Shown here in pieces: positions 49,527 through 59,783 of a stretch of 61,811 nucleotides of DNA; within the stretch, counting starts at the first letter, position 1, and each line of letters starts with the position of its first letter. This stretch comes from Pseudomonadota bacterium (lineage in GTDB: Bacteria > Pseudomonadota > Gammaproteobacteria > GCA-002705445 > GCA-002716945). A program made the position numbers and the translations under genes. The DNA is taken from positions 1-61,811 of the forward strand of contig JAYZKL010000035.1 of the NCBI GenBank assembly GCA_036163455.1. Reading direction: 5' to 3'. The notes below the pieces were generated by a model. That model saw only the letters and a list, made by a program, of their open reading frames with translations, did no database searches and was not told the DNA's origin.

Positions 49527-51524
49527 ATGAATAAATTAGTCAATGAAAAAAGTTTATATTTGCTCCAACATGCAGATAATCCCGTAAATTGGTATCCTTG
49601 GACGCAAGAAGCTTTTGAAATTGCAAAAAATAATAATAAGCCAATAATATTGTCAATTGGTTATTCTGCATGTCATTGGTGTCATGTCATGGCTCAAGAA
49701 TCGTTTGAGGACTCTGAAACTGCAGAAATAATGAATAAATACTTCGTTAATATAAAAGTTGATAAAGAGGAAAGACCCGATTTAGATAAAGTATATCAAA
49801 TGTCACAAACTATCATAACTGGCAAAACTGGTGGATGGCCATTGACTATTTTTATGTCCCCAGATAAATTTCCATTTTTTGCAGGCACATATTTTCCAAA
49901 TGAACAAAAATATGGATTGCCATCCTTCAAAGACGTTTTGAAACGTGTTAATGAGTTTTATTCAAGTCAACAAAAAGATATAAAATCTCAAAACATGACT
50001 ATTTCTGAGATCTTCCAAAATCTAAACAAAAGAAATGATTACGATGAACAAATTAATCTTGAATTACTAGATAAAACGAGACTAGATCTTCTAAATAGTA
50101 TTGACAAGGTTCATGGGGGTTTTGGCTCAGCTCCTAAATTCCCGCAAAGCTATAGCTTATTATTTCTACTTAACTCAAATATTAATAATGAAGAATCTTT
50201 TCAATATGTTTTGCACACCCTCAATAGAATGTGCTTAAGTGGAATTTTTGATCATTTAGAAGGAGGTTTTTTCAGGTATTCTGTAGATGAACTCTGGATG
50301 ATTCCTCATTTTGAAAAGATGCTTTATGATAATGGACCGCTTATTTCAGTCTTATGCAAAGCTTCAAAATTAACATCTAATAAATTATTTCTTAAACGTG
50401 CTGTGCAAACCTCTGACTGGATAATAAATAAAATGCAAGACAAAAATGGTGGCATCTATTCTACAATTGATGCAGATTCTGAACATGTTGAAGGGAAATA
50501 TTATGTTTGGGATGAGAAAGAATTAAAGTCATCTTTAGATAACGATGAATTTGAATTTATAAAAAATAGCTACTTTGTTGATAGTAGGTCAAATTTTGAA
50601 GGAAAGTTTCATTTTCATATAACTAAAGATGCAGAAGATTTTTTTCTTAAAAATGAAAAAAGAATAGCAGTAATAACTAAAAAATTACTAACAATAAGAA
50701 ATAAAAGGATCCCACCTAATACTGATAAAAAAATCCTAGTGTCCTGGAATGCATTAGCAATCATTGGATTATTAGATACTTATAAATTAACTGACGATGA
50801 TAGATTTTTATTGGCAGCAAAAAAATGTTTTGACTTTATTAAGCAGAAGCTTTGGGATGGAACAAAATTATATGCATGTTTTAATGAAAAACCTTGCTTT
50901 CAGGCATATCTTGATGACTATGCATATTTACTTAAAGCAAATCTCGAACTTTTAAAAATAGAATGGAGCTCTGAAAACTTATATTTTTCAAATAAACTTG
51001 CCAATATATTAATTAAAAATTTTCAGAATCATGAAACTGGAGGCTTCTATTTTACTTCTATTGATCATGAAGAACTTATATATAGACCACAAACTTATAT
51101 GGATGAATCAATGCCTGCTGGAAACAGTATTGCGATAGAAGCATTATCAGAATTAGGATTTTTGGTGGGTAATCAAGAATATATAGACGCTTCAGAAAAA
51201 ACTCTAATATCAGCATCTAATTCTGTACAAAGATCAAACACCGCGCACGCAAGTTTACTGAATGCATCTATGAATTTACTTGAGTTTAAAAAATTTGTAA
51301 TCATTAGATGCTCGCATGAACGTATTAAAGAATATAGGAAAGAAATTTTAAACTTTGAAGAAGTAATCTTTTACTTTATTGATAATGAAGAGAGTGACAT
51401 ACCAAAATCACTAATTGAAAAAAAACCGTTAGGTAACTTTACTGCATATATTTGTGAAGGCTTTAAGTGTTTAAGCCCAATTAGAGACTTTGATGATCTA
51501 TGTAAGGAATTAACAAAAATTTAA
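49527..51524 (+). CDS. thioredoxin-domain protein of the YyaL/DUF255 family (thioredoxin fold plus six-hairpin glycosidase-like domain)
   Basis: N-terminal [41 protein letters not shown] is diagnostic for DUF255. Confidence 0.85.
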   Translation: MNKLVNEKSLYLLQHADNPVNWYPWTQEAFEIAKNNNKPIILSIGYSACHWCHVMAQESFEDSETAEIMNKYFVNIKVDKEERPDLDKVYQMSQTIITGKTGGWPLTIFMSPDKFPFFAGTYFPNEQKYGLPSFKDVLKRVNEFYSSQQKDIKSQNMTISEIFQNLNKRNDYDEQINLELLDKTRLDLLNSIDKVHGGFGSAPKFPQSYSLLFLLNSNINNEESFQYVLHTLNRMCLSGIFDHLEGGFFRYSVDELWMIPHFEKMLYDNGPLISVLCKASKLTSNKLFLKRAVQTSDWIINKMQDKNGGIYSTIDADSEHVEGKYYVWDEKELKSSLDNDEFEFIKNSYFVDSRSNFEGKFHFHITKDAEDFFLKNEKRIAVITKKLLTIRNKRIPPNTDKKILVSWNALAIIGLLDTYKLTDDDRFLLAAKKCFDFIKQKLWDGTKLYACFNEKPCFQAYLDDYAYLLKANLELLKIEWSSENLYFSNKLANILIKNFQNHETGGFYFTSIDHEELIYRPQTYMDESMPAGNSIAIEALSELGFLVGNQEYIDASEKTLISASNSVQRSNTAHASLLNASMNLLEFKKFVIIRCSHERIKEYRKEILNFEEVIFYFIDNEESDIPKSLIEKKPLGNFTAYICEGFKCLSPIRDFDDLCKELTKI

Positions 51525-51535
51525 ATGAGACTAAT

Positions 51536-52288
51536 ATGTATTTTTTATTAATTTTGTTAAGATTTCCGTTCTTAATTATACATGTATTCTTAGGTATGAT
51601 TATCTTATTATTTTTCCCAAAAAAATTAAAACTAAAAAAATTACATTTTTCTATAGTTGTGATTTGGATGAAAATTTTGACCTTAATATTTGGTTTAAAA
51701 ATAATCATTAAAGGCAAGAAAAATGAGCTTGCTAATTCTTATGCTTCTAATCATGTTAGTTTTCTAGATATTATGGTTTTAAACTCTATATTACCTGTTT
51801 GCTTCATTGCTAAATCTGAAATTGAGAATTGGCCGATAGTTGGATATCTAACCTCAAAATCAGGTAATCTATTTATCAAGAGGGGACATAAAGAGTCATC
51901 TGATAAAATGATAGATTCTGTAAAAGAATATTTAATTAATGGTTATAAAATTATATTTTTTCCTGAAGGAAGGATTGGCGATGGAGTTTCTATAAAAAAA
52001 TTTCATAGCAAACTATTGCGCTCTATTGCTAAATCTGATTTTTATATTCAACCTGTTTCAATAAGATATCCAAAAAAATACCCTCAAAATATAGATTCTG
52101 ATAATGTCCTGGCCAACCCAGATGATTCTAGGACACTTTTTAATACCAGTATCAGTTGTTTAGGCAGACTATCAACTATTGTAGTAGTAAGTTTTGGAAA
52201 AAATATAAATACAAAAGACTTAGATGCTTCTGATATAGCAAAATTAACTGAAGATTCTGTTAAAAAATCTCTAGAAAACTTGGTTTGA
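51536..52288 (+). CDS. lysophospholipid/1-acylglycerol-3-phosphate acyltransferase family protein (PlsC-like)
   Basis: N-terminal TM helix, then the acyltransferase motifs NHVSFLD (HX4D), FIKRG and FPEGR. Confidence 0.75.
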   Translation: MYFLLILLRFPFLIIHVFLGMIILLFFPKKLKLKKLHFSIVVIWMKILTLIFGLKIIIKGKKNELANSYASNHVSFLDIMVLNSILPVCFIAKSEIENWPIVGYLTSKSGNLFIKRGHKESSDKMIDSVKEYLINGYKIIFFPEGRIGDGVSIKKFHSKLLRSIAKSDFYIQPVSIRYPKKYPQNIDSDNVLANPDDSRTLFNTSISCLGRLSTIVVVSFGKNINTKDLDASDIAKLTEDSVKKSLENLV

Positions 52289-52630
52289 TTATATTGGGCC
52301 TCTTTTATCCCCTTCTTTGCCAACTTCTACTTCTACAACAACATCGCTTGATGGATACCACTGACATGCTATAACCATCTTTTTCTGAATTTCTTCTGGA
52401 TGCAGTAAAGTGGTGGGATCGCAGATACCTGATGGATGTTCTCCTTCTCCTTCAACTATAGTTGCTCTACATGACCCGCAACTTCCAACCTTACAAGAAT
52501 GTGGCCATTTAATTCCTGCAGCAAATGCTGCTTTCATTAAACTTGTATCTGGTGGAACAGTAAATTCTTCGCCTGTTGGCTTAATTGTACATTTTACAGG
52601 TTCTTTTTTCTTGAATAATCCAAATACCAT
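52289..52630 (-). CDS. plant-type [2Fe-2S] ferredoxin-domain protein
   Basis: 113 aa. Cluster ligand pattern CKVGSCGSC (C-x4-C-x2-C) with a later Cys in IACQW. A spot count gives about 43% GC against AT-rich neighbours. Confidence 0.75.
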   Translation of the reverse strand: MVFGLFKKKEPVKCTIKPTGEEFTVPPDTSLMKAAFAAGIKWPHSCKVGSCGSCRATIVEGEGEHPSGICDPTTLLHPEEIQKKMVIACQWYPSSDVVVEVEVGKEGDKRGPI

Positions 52631-52710
52631 TTTCTCCTCTCCTTTTAACTAAACGTAATGAGATTTAATATATCATAGTTATTTTAATAATGTTAATAAA
52701 AATACTTTGA

Positions 52711-54045
52711 TTAATTAAGTAAAATTTTATTTTTCTTCAAATACCAAATTAATGAAATACCTAAAAATAAGCTACGAGAAATAAAAAATAATAAAAAAGC
52801 GATCCATAAACCTGTATTTGCAAAATGAAGGAAGAAGCTCTCAGCTAAAAAGAAAATTGAACCAGAAATAATCATAACATTTCTAAGTAATTTATTTTTC
52901 ATTGCACCTATAAAAACTCCATCTAACCAAAAAGCAACAGCACCAAAAATAAAGATTAAATACAGCCAAATTGAAAAATGATTAGCAGCTATTTGCACCA
53001 ATTCAAGACTTGTAATCAAACTTATAATAAAATTATCAAAAATCAAAAATACTGCTAGATAAAAAAAAGTTAAAATAAAAGAAAATTTCCCAGTAGAAAA
53101 GATTGAATTTTTTGTTAATTCTACATCTTTCTTACCAACAGCATTTCCAACTAAAGCTTCAGAGGCGTGTGCAAAACCATCTAATCCATATGAAAATATA
53201 AAGAAAAAGTTCAATAATATTGCATTTGCAGCCAAGATGATGTCACCGTGGCTAGCTCCTGTACTAACAAAATAAGCAAAACATGTCATCAAAATTAATG
53301 ATCTGACAAAAAAATCAAAATTAATAAGAATTTTTTTCTTGAGTGACTGCCAATCAATAATCTCAAAAATACTTACACTAATTTTAGTAACAATTCTTTC
53401 TCCAAATTGAGCATAAATTATAAAAAATAATATTGAATACTCAGCAATGACAGATGCTATTGCAACTCCAGCAATTCCATAACCCATAACAATAACAAGA
53501 TAGTAATCAAGGATAATATTAAGTAAATTTATAAAAATACTTATTGTCATTGCTGTTCTTGATTTTTGTATGCCAATATAATAACCAATCATAATATCTC
53601 TTAAGAAAATAGCTGGTATCGACCAGATTCTATAAGAAATATAAATTTCACTATTTGTTTTAACATCATCAGTTCCACTAAATAAGCTGAGTGATAAAGA
53701 AATAATTTGATCTCTAAATAATAATATTAAAACTGAAACAAAAGATGAGATTAATAAAATTTGATATAAATTTGTTAATAAAAGTCTATCATTATTTCTG
53801 CCTGAATACTGTGAGGTTAATCCAGTAGTTATAGATTTAAAAAACCCAAAACTAAATAAAATATAACTGATGATGATAGAACCAATGCTTACAGCCCCAA
53901 TATATATTGGAGAACCAAGATGTCCCATAACTGCGTTATCAACAAGCCCTACTAGAGGTATTGTTATATTTGATAGGATTAAAGGTAGTGCAATTGCAAG
54001 AGTTTGTTTGTCAGAACTAGAAAAGTTTAATCTAAAAAAGGACAC
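52711..54045 (-). CDS. MATE-family efflux transporter (DinF/NorM-like)
   Basis: 444 aa, about 12 TM. The N-terminus LAIALPLILSNITIPLVGLVDNAVMGHLG is typical of MATE proteins. Confidence 0.82.
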   Translation of the reverse strand: MSFFRLNFSSSDKQTLAIALPLILSNITIPLVGLVDNAVMGHLGSPIYIGAVSIGSIIISYILFSFGFFKSITTGLTSQYSGRNNDRLLLTNLYQILLISSFVSVLILLFRDQIISLSLSLFSGTDDVKTNSEIYISYRIWSIPAIFLRDIMIGYYIGIQKSRTAMTISIFINLLNIILDYYLVIVMGYGIAGVAIASVIAEYSILFFIIYAQFGERIVTKISVSIFEIIDWQSLKKKILINFDFFVRSLILMTCFAYFVSTGASHGDIILAANAILLNFFFIFSYGLDGFAHASEALVGNAVGKKDVELTKNSIFSTGKFSFILTFFYLAVFLIFDNFIISLITSLELVQIAANHFSIWLYLIFIFGAVAFWLDGVFIGAMKNKLLRNVMIISGSIFFLAESFFLHFANTGLWIAFLLFFISRSLFLGISLIWYLKKNKILLN

Positions 54046-54046
54046 T

Positions 54047-54217
54047 TCAGGTACTAATTTCTATCATATCAAAATCATCCTTTGATGAACCACAGTCTGG
54101 ACAAAGCCAGGTCGGAGGTACATCTTCCCATTTTGTACCTGGGGCTATACCATCATCTGGCCAGCCCTGACTTTCATCATATATTAAACCACAAGTTAAA
54201 CAGAGATATTTTTTCAT
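54047..54217 (-). CDS. rubredoxin
   Basis: YLCLTCGLIYDE....PDDGIAPGT.WEDVP..W.CPDCG..K.DF contains two CxxCG knuckles. ATG at 54217 is preferred over 54244. The stop lies 1 nt before the MATE start. Confidence 0.9.
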   Translation of the reverse strand: MKKYLCLTCGLIYDESQGWPDDGIAPGTKWEDVPPTWLCPDCGSSKDDFDMIEIST

Positions 54218-54284
54218 AATAATTTTTAAGAAGTAGTTTCTCATAAATATTCAATAAACCCAATTAATTTGTTATAAATATTTA

Positions 54285-54917
54285 ATGGAAAAAAATATTT
54301 TTCTCAGCGGGATATATCCAATAAGCCCAATGGTTTATGAGTCTGATGATATATATTTAGAATTGATTAAAAAAACCTTAAAGACAAATATCAAAGTTTT
54401 TCAATTTCGTGGCAAGCATTTATCCTTAAAAAGAAAAAGAAGACTTGTTAGAAAAATTAGTGAATTATGTTATAAATCTAATGTAAAGCTTATCGTTAAT
54501 GATGATATAGATTTATTAAAACTTGGCTTTGGTTGTGGGCTTCATATTGGGGAAGATAAAAATTTAAAACAAATAAGAAAATATTTTGGAAGAAAAATGT
54601 TAATAGGAGTCTCTTGTTATAATTCAGTTGAAAAAGCAAAATGGGCTGAATCTAATGGAGCAGATTATGTATCGCTTGGTGCATTCTTTCCTAGTAAAAC
54701 GAAAAAAAATGTTGCACACTGTGAACCGAACTTAATACATCAAGCTAAAAAAATTATAAATATACCAATATGCGCAATAGGTGGAATTGGTAAAAAAAAT
54801 ATAAAGGCGCTTTTAAAATATAAGCCTGACATGATTGGAATAATTTCAGGAATTTTTTCTCAAACAGATGTAGAATCTACAACAAATAGCCTCATTAATC
54901 TAATGGATGTAAAATGA
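54285..54917 (+). CDS. thiE: thiamine-phosphate synthase
   Basis: ThiE pattern: FQFRGK.., KLIVNDDIDL, GLHIGEDK, GVSCY, GADYVSLG.FFPS.TK, ICAIGGI. The thiE-hemL order matches Pseudomonas. Confidence 0.82.
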   Translation: MEKNIFLSGIYPISPMVYESDDIYLELIKKTLKTNIKVFQFRGKHLSLKRKRRLVRKISELCYKSNVKLIVNDDIDLLKLGFGCGLHIGEDKNLKQIRKYFGRKMLIGVSCYNSVEKAKWAESNGADYVSLGAFFPSKTKKNVAHCEPNLIHQAKKIINIPICAIGGIGKKNIKALLKYKPDMIGIISGIFSQTDVESTTNSLINLMDVK

Positions 54918-56197
54918 AAAAATCTGTAAAAGAATTTAAAATTGCAAAAAAATATATACCAGGTGGTGTTAATTCACCAGTTAGATCATTTAACGCTGTT
55001 GATTCTAAACCTTTTTTTATTAAAAAATCTAAGGGGCCATTTCTATATGATATCGACAACAAAAAATATATTGATTATGTAGGATCTTGGGGTGCTCTTA
55101 TTCTTGGTCACTGTGATTCCAGAATACTAAAAAGTCTATCAGCATCAATGAAAATAGGTATAACCTATGGAGCTCCTTGTCAAAATGAAGTTTTGTTAGC
55201 AAAAAAAGTTTGTAAGATTTTTCCATCTATAAAAAAAATTAGAATGGTAAGTTCAGGAACCGAAGCAACTATGAGTGCAATAAGATTAGCAAGAGGGTTT
55301 ACAAAAAGAGATAAAATTATAAAATTTAATGGGTGTTATCATGGCCATGGTGACTCATTCTTAATTAAAGCAGGATCTGGTACATCAACTTTTGGTGTAC
55401 CGAATTCTCTTGGTGTTACTTCATCAACAGCAAAAGATACAATCTCTTTACCTTATAATGATATTGATAAAGTTAAGAGAACTATTGAACAAAATAAAAA
55501 TAAAATCGCATGTATTATTATAGAGCCAATTGCTGGAAATATGAATTTCGTGAGATCAGAAAAATTATTTTTAGAATCTCTCAAAGAACTATGTACCAAA
55601 AATAAAATTATTCTAATTTTTGATGAAGTGATGACTGGTTTCAGGGTTGCTTTAGGAGGCGCACAAAGTATTTATAAAATTAAACCTGATTTAACTACGC
55701 TTGGTAAAGTACTTGGTGGAGGTTTACCAATGGCTGCTTTTGGTGGAAATGCTGAAATAATGGAGAACCTAACTCCAAATGGTGGTGTTTATCAGGCTGG
55801 AACATTATCTGGCAATCCATTAGCAATGATAGCTGGTTTAAAAACACTTGATGTTGTAATGAGAGAGGGTTTTTATGAAAATCTTCATAAACAAACAGGA
55901 TATTTAATGCAACATTTAAATGCTGCAGCTTCTAAACACAAATTACATTTCAAAACAGATTACCAAGGAGGGATGTTTGGTTTATTTTTTAACAATGCAA
56001 AGGAAATAAGAAATTTTAAACAAGTAGAAAAGTCTAGTCAAAAGATATTTATATCATTTTTTAAATATATGTTAAACGAAGGTGTTTTTTTTGCTCCTTC
56101 ATTATTTGAGGCTGGATTTATATCCTCTTCACATACTAAAAAAGAATTTGACCATACTGTAAATGCATTCAAAAGATTTCTTAAAAAAAATTTCTAA
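54914..56197 (+). CDS. hemL: glutamate-1-semialdehyde 2,1-aminomutase
   Basis: Motifs IPGGVNSPVRSF, VSSGTEATMSAIRLARG and the PLP lysine in TLGKVLGGGLP. Confidence 0.93.
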   Translation: MKKSVKEFKIAKKYIPGGVNSPVRSFNAVDSKPFFIKKSKGPFLYDIDNKKYIDYVGSWGALILGHCDSRILKSLSASMKIGITYGAPCQNEVLLAKKVCKIFPSIKKIRMVSSGTEATMSAIRLARGFTKRDKIIKFNGCYHGHGDSFLIKAGSGTSTFGVPNSLGVTSSTAKDTISLPYNDIDKVKRTIEQNKNKIACIIIEPIAGNMNFVRSEKLFLESLKELCTKNKIILIFDEVMTGFRVALGGAQSIYKIKPDLTTLGKVLGGGLPMAAFGGNAEIMENLTPNGGVYQAGTLSGNPLAMIAGLKTLDVVMREGFYENLHKQTGYLMQHLNAAASKHKLHFKTDYQGGMFGLFFNNAKEIRNFKQVEKSSQKIFISFFKYMLNEGVFFAPSLFEAGFISSSHTKKEFDHTVNAFKRFLKKNF

Positions 56198-56200
56198 ATA

Positions 56201-57496
56201 CTAATTTATTAAAATAATTTGAACATCAGCAACATTAGTTCCTGTTGCGCCTGTTTTATATATAGAATTCATATTACTAAGGAATGTATATGAATCGTTG
56301 TTATTTAAGTAATCAAGAATATCCACACCACTTTCGTGATAGTTTTTTATTGTATCTTTATCTATTATTCCACCCGCTGCATCTGTAGGACCGTCAATAC
56401 CATCTGTCCCTACTGATAATAACAGCCACTCTGGACTAATAGTGGTTTTTTTTATTTCAGTTAAGAAGGCTAGAGCAAACTCTTGATTCCTACCGCCCTT
56501 CCCATTCCCTGAAAGCTTAACAACAGTTTCGCCACCAGAGATTATTGCAATTTTTTTATCTCTGTTTTCTTGTATTTTTTTTAAAAAAATTTGGGCTAAT
56601 TCAACTGCATCATGTCTAGCTTCACCAATAAAAACCTCATCAAGAAAAAATGGATCATACCCTTTCTCTGTTGAAAATTTAGCCAAATTTTCTCTAAAGA
56701 TTTTATTGCTACAAATAATTCTATTTTCAACTTTCTTGAAAATTGTTTCATTCTCTGTAGGTGTTTCTTTAATTTTGCCTCTAATTCCATAATCAATATG
56801 TTCCAAAATTGCTTTAGGCGCCTTATTTATTAGATTATATTTTCTTATAATCTCTATAGCTTCCTGGTAAGTTGAGACATCTGGAGCAGTTGGTCCACTT
56901 GCTATTGAGCTTATATCATCATTAATTACATCAGAGATAATGTATGATTTTACGGTCGAAGGGAATGCGCTTTCAGCAAGTTTACCTCCTTTTATTGATG
57001 AAATATGCTTTCTAATAGTATTAATTTCATTAATTGAACAACCCGAAGCAAGTAACAATTCTGTCATTAAAACTTTATCCTCTAAAGATATGCGATCTGA
57101 AGGCATGGATAATAATGATGATCCTCCACCACTAATTAAAAATAATACTAAATCTTTTTCTCCAGACTCCTGCAAATATCCAATTATGGCTTGAGCTCCT
57201 TTTACGCTTACTGGATTTGGCGTAGGATGTGATGAAAAATATAAATCGATAGATTGATTAATTTTATTTTCAGATTCTAAAGTTACGACAATTGGTTTTT
57301 TATGTATTTTTTCTATAGGTAACGAATCTAGACATCCAGACATCATTGACAAAGCAGCCTTACCAAAAGCAATTGGAAAAATTCTATCAAATTTATTGAT
57401 GTCTAAATTTTTCAAGGAATTTTCTACTACTTTGCTTGGATCAAGCGATTGAAGACAATTCAGATAAATCTTATTTACATCTTCACGGAGTGACAT
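56201..57496 (-). CDS. glycerate 2-kinase / MOFRL-family (TtuD-type, often annotated hydroxypyruvate reductase)
   Basis: 431 aa with FGKAA..M, LISGGGSSL and the IISGGETVVKLSGNGKGGRNQEFALAF block typical of the DUF4147+MOFRL glycerate kinases. Confidence 0.8.
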   Translation of the reverse strand: MSLREDVNKIYLNCLQSLDPSKVVENSLKNLDINKFDRIFPIAFGKAALSMMSGCLDSLPIEKIHKKPIVVTLESENKINQSIDLYFSSHPTPNPVSVKGAQAIIGYLQESGEKDLVLFLISGGGSSLLSMPSDRISLEDKVLMTELLLASGCSINEINTIRKHISSIKGGKLAESAFPSTVKSYIISDVINDDISSIASGPTAPDVSTYQEAIEIIRKYNLINKAPKAILEHIDYGIRGKIKETPTENETIFKKVENRIICSNKIFRENLAKFSTEKGYDPFFLDEVFIGEARHDAVELAQIFLKKIQENRDKKIAIISGGETVVKLSGNGKGGRNQEFALAFLTEIKKTTISPEWLLLSVGTDGIDGPTDAAGGIIDKDTIKNYHESGVDILDYLNNNDSYTFLSNMNSIYKTGATGTNVADVQIILIN

Positions 57497-57510
57497 ATGA
57501 TGTTAAATTA

Positions 57511-58482
57511 TTATACAACTTTATTAGGCAAATCTCTCTTCTCAAAAAAAGCAAGACTATTTTCTATTGCCGTATTACCCATAGCTATTCTTGTTTCCGT
57601 TGAAGCACTCCCCAAATGTGGGAATGACACAACATTTTCAAGTGTTTTTAATTCTTCTGGTAAATTTGGTTCTGTTTCAAAAACATCTAAACCTGCACCA
57701 GCAATCTCCTTATTTTTTAAAGCTTCAACTAATGCTTTTTCATCAATGATGTCACCTCTTGCTGTGTTGATAACAAAAGCAGTTTTTTTCATTAAAGAAA
57801 AACGATCTTGATTCATTAAGTGAAACGTTTCTTTTGTAGCTGGACAATTTACTGACACAAAATCTGATTCTTTGCAAATATCATCAATTGTGTTAAGTTT
57901 TTGTGCATCAAACTTACTAGTTACCTCAGCCGGAATATCAAACGGGTCCCAGTAAGCTATTTTCATATTAAAACCAAATTTAGCTCTTTGAGCGACAGCT
58001 TGTCCGATTCTGCCAAATCCTATTATTCCAAGTTTCTTACCAGTAACTTTTGTACCAAGTAAATGAGTCGGTCTCCATCCAGTCCAATTATTAGCTCTCA
58101 ATTCCCTCTCTCCTTCACCAACTCTTCTTGCAACCATTAAAATTAATGACATTGCAATATCAGCAGTACAGTCTGTTAGAACTGCAGGTGTATTCGAGAC
58201 TGTAATTCCAAGTTCTTTAGCTTTATCTATATCAATATGATTAAACCCTACCCCAAAATTACCAATCATATTTGCTCTTCTATTATCAACAGATAAGACT
58301 TCAGCAGTAATTTTATCTGTTACCGTAGGCATTAACACATCACAATTTTGTAAGGCTTGTTTTAGTTCTTCAGTAGTGAAGGGCTTATCAGATTCATTTA
58401 AAGTTACATCGAACAATTCTTTTAATTTTTCTTCACATGGCGAAGGCCATCTTCTAGTAACAATTGCTACTGGTTTAGACAT
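57511..58482 (-). CDS. D-isomer-specific 2-hydroxyacid dehydrogenase (glyoxylate/hydroxypyruvate reductase)
   Basis: NAD motif LGIIGFGRIGQAVAQRA and the catalytic-triad context NTARG...LDVFETEP...PHLGSAS. Confidence 0.85.
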   Translation of the reverse strand: MSKPVAIVTRRWPSPCEEKLKELFDVTLNESDKPFTTEELKQALQNCDVLMPTVTDKITAEVLSVDNRRANMIGNFGVGFNHIDIDKAKELGITVSNTPAVLTDCTADIAMSLILMVARRVGEGERELRANNWTGWRPTHLLGTKVTGKKLGIIGFGRIGQAVAQRAKFGFNMKIAYWDPFDIPAEVTSKFDAQKLNTIDDICKESDFVSVNCPATKETFHLMNQDRFSLMKKTAFVINTARGDIIDEKALVEALKNKEIAGAGLDVFETEPNLPEELKTLENVVSFPHLGSASTETRIAMGNTAIENSLAFFEKRDLPNKVV

Positions 58483-58485
58483 TGA

Positions 58486-59664
58486 TTATGCTCCACTTGG
58501 GTTTTCCAGCCAATATTTTGAAGCTGCTGCTACACCGCTGCCAAGCTCTACTTTTATGCCGTTATCCATCATAGCCATTTCTGCACCGGATATTGCGCCA
58601 CAAAGCATTAGCTCATTTAAATCACCTAAATGTCCTATTCTAAATACTTTACCAGCAACCTTAGCTAGCCCAGCACCTAAAGCAAGATTATATTTATGAA
58701 ATGCGGTACTAATTACTGGAACAGCATCAGCCCCATCTGGAACAACAATTGCGCTTACTGTATCTGAATACCATTTTTCTTCTTTAGCACACAAATTTAA
58801 ACCCCAACCATCAATTATTGCTCTACGTGTACCTTCAGCTAATCTATGATGTCTTTTCCAGATATTTTCTAATCCTTCCTCAAAAATTAAATCTAAAGCT
58901 ACTCTAAAACCTCTCAATAAATTTATTGGCGGAGTATAAGGTAAAAAACCACCTGATGTCTTTTCTATCATATCTGCTACATCAAAATAGCAAGTTGGAT
59001 AAGTTGAATTTTTCATTGCTTCAAATGCTTTTTCACTTACACCCAAAATTCCAAGTCCTGCCGGCATCATAAAACCTTTTTGAGATCCACTGACGACACA
59101 ATCTACTCCCCAATCATCCATCCTAAATTCATAACTAGCTACAGAACTTACTCCATCCACCATTAACAATGCAGGGTGTCCTAAGTCATCAAGGATTTTA
59201 CGCACGCCAGCTACATCACTTTTAACTCCAGTTGCTGTTTCATTCTGACAAACTAAAACTGCCTTTATTGAGTGTTCTTTATCCTCTGATAAATATTTAT
59301 GATAATTATCTAAATTCGCTCCTGTTCCCCATTCTTCTTCCATAATTACGGGTGTAAATTTTAGTCTTGCACACATATCTAGCCAAAGCATACTAAATTG
59401 TCCAAAACTAGCACCCAACACTTTATCGCCCATATTTAAAGTGCTTTGCAAAGCAGCTTCCCAACATCCTGTTCCAGACGACGGAAAGAAAACTGTTTTC
59501 CCACTCTTAGTTAATAAAACTTTTTTTAAATCTTCTAATATTGGTTGAATTAAATCCGGTATATTTGGATTCCTATGATCTTCCATTGGGCAATGTATTG
59601 CCTGTTGTACTGCTGCAGGGACATTAGATGGACCTGGTACAAATAAAAAATGATATCCTGACAT
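58486..59664 (-). CDS. class-V aminotransferase, serine--glyoxylate / alanine--glyoxylate aminotransferase type
   Basis: FVPGPSNVP start, and the PLP-lysine context VVSGSQKGFMMPAGLG. It is adjacent to the hydroxypyruvate reductase and glycerate kinase genes. Confidence 0.82.
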   Translation of the reverse strand: MSGYHFLFVPGPSNVPAAVQQAIHCPMEDHRNPNIPDLIQPILEDLKKVLLTKSGKTVFFPSSGTGCWEAALQSTLNMGDKVLGASFGQFSMLWLDMCARLKFTPVIMEEEWGTGANLDNYHKYLSEDKEHSIKAVLVCQNETATGVKSDVAGVRKILDDLGHPALLMVDGVSSVASYEFRMDDWGVDCVVSGSQKGFMMPAGLGILGVSEKAFEAMKNSTYPTCYFDVADMIEKTSGGFLPYTPPINLLRGFRVALDLIFEEGLENIWKRHHRLAEGTRRAIIDGWGLNLCAKEEKWYSDTVSAIVVPDGADAVPVISTAFHKYNLALGAGLAKVAGKVFRIGHLGDLNELMLCGAISGAEMAMMDNGIKVELGSGVAAASKYWLENPSGA

Positions 59665-59783
59665 TTGATTTTCCTTTTATATAAAAATATTAAATTTTTG
59701 TTGTATAATTTTAATTTCATATAGTATGCCATAATTATCATATATTGGAACTATAATTCTATTGAATTTAATATAATAAAATC

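Noticed and set aside
54245-54284. Riboswitches upstream of thiE (TPP), moaC (Moco, 14085-14146) and metX (SAM, 7594-7595).
   Set aside because: The spacers are only 40, 62 and 2 nt, too short for the respective aptamers. No conserved aptamer cores are seen.
57497-58699. Plus-strand ORFs 57497-57811 and 58376-58699. The same applies to 52410-52652, 28852-29061 and 44536-44718.
   Set aside because: All lie antisense to well-supported, GC-richer genes, where stop codons are rarer. They have Ser/Pro/Ala-rich low-complexity translations and no start context.
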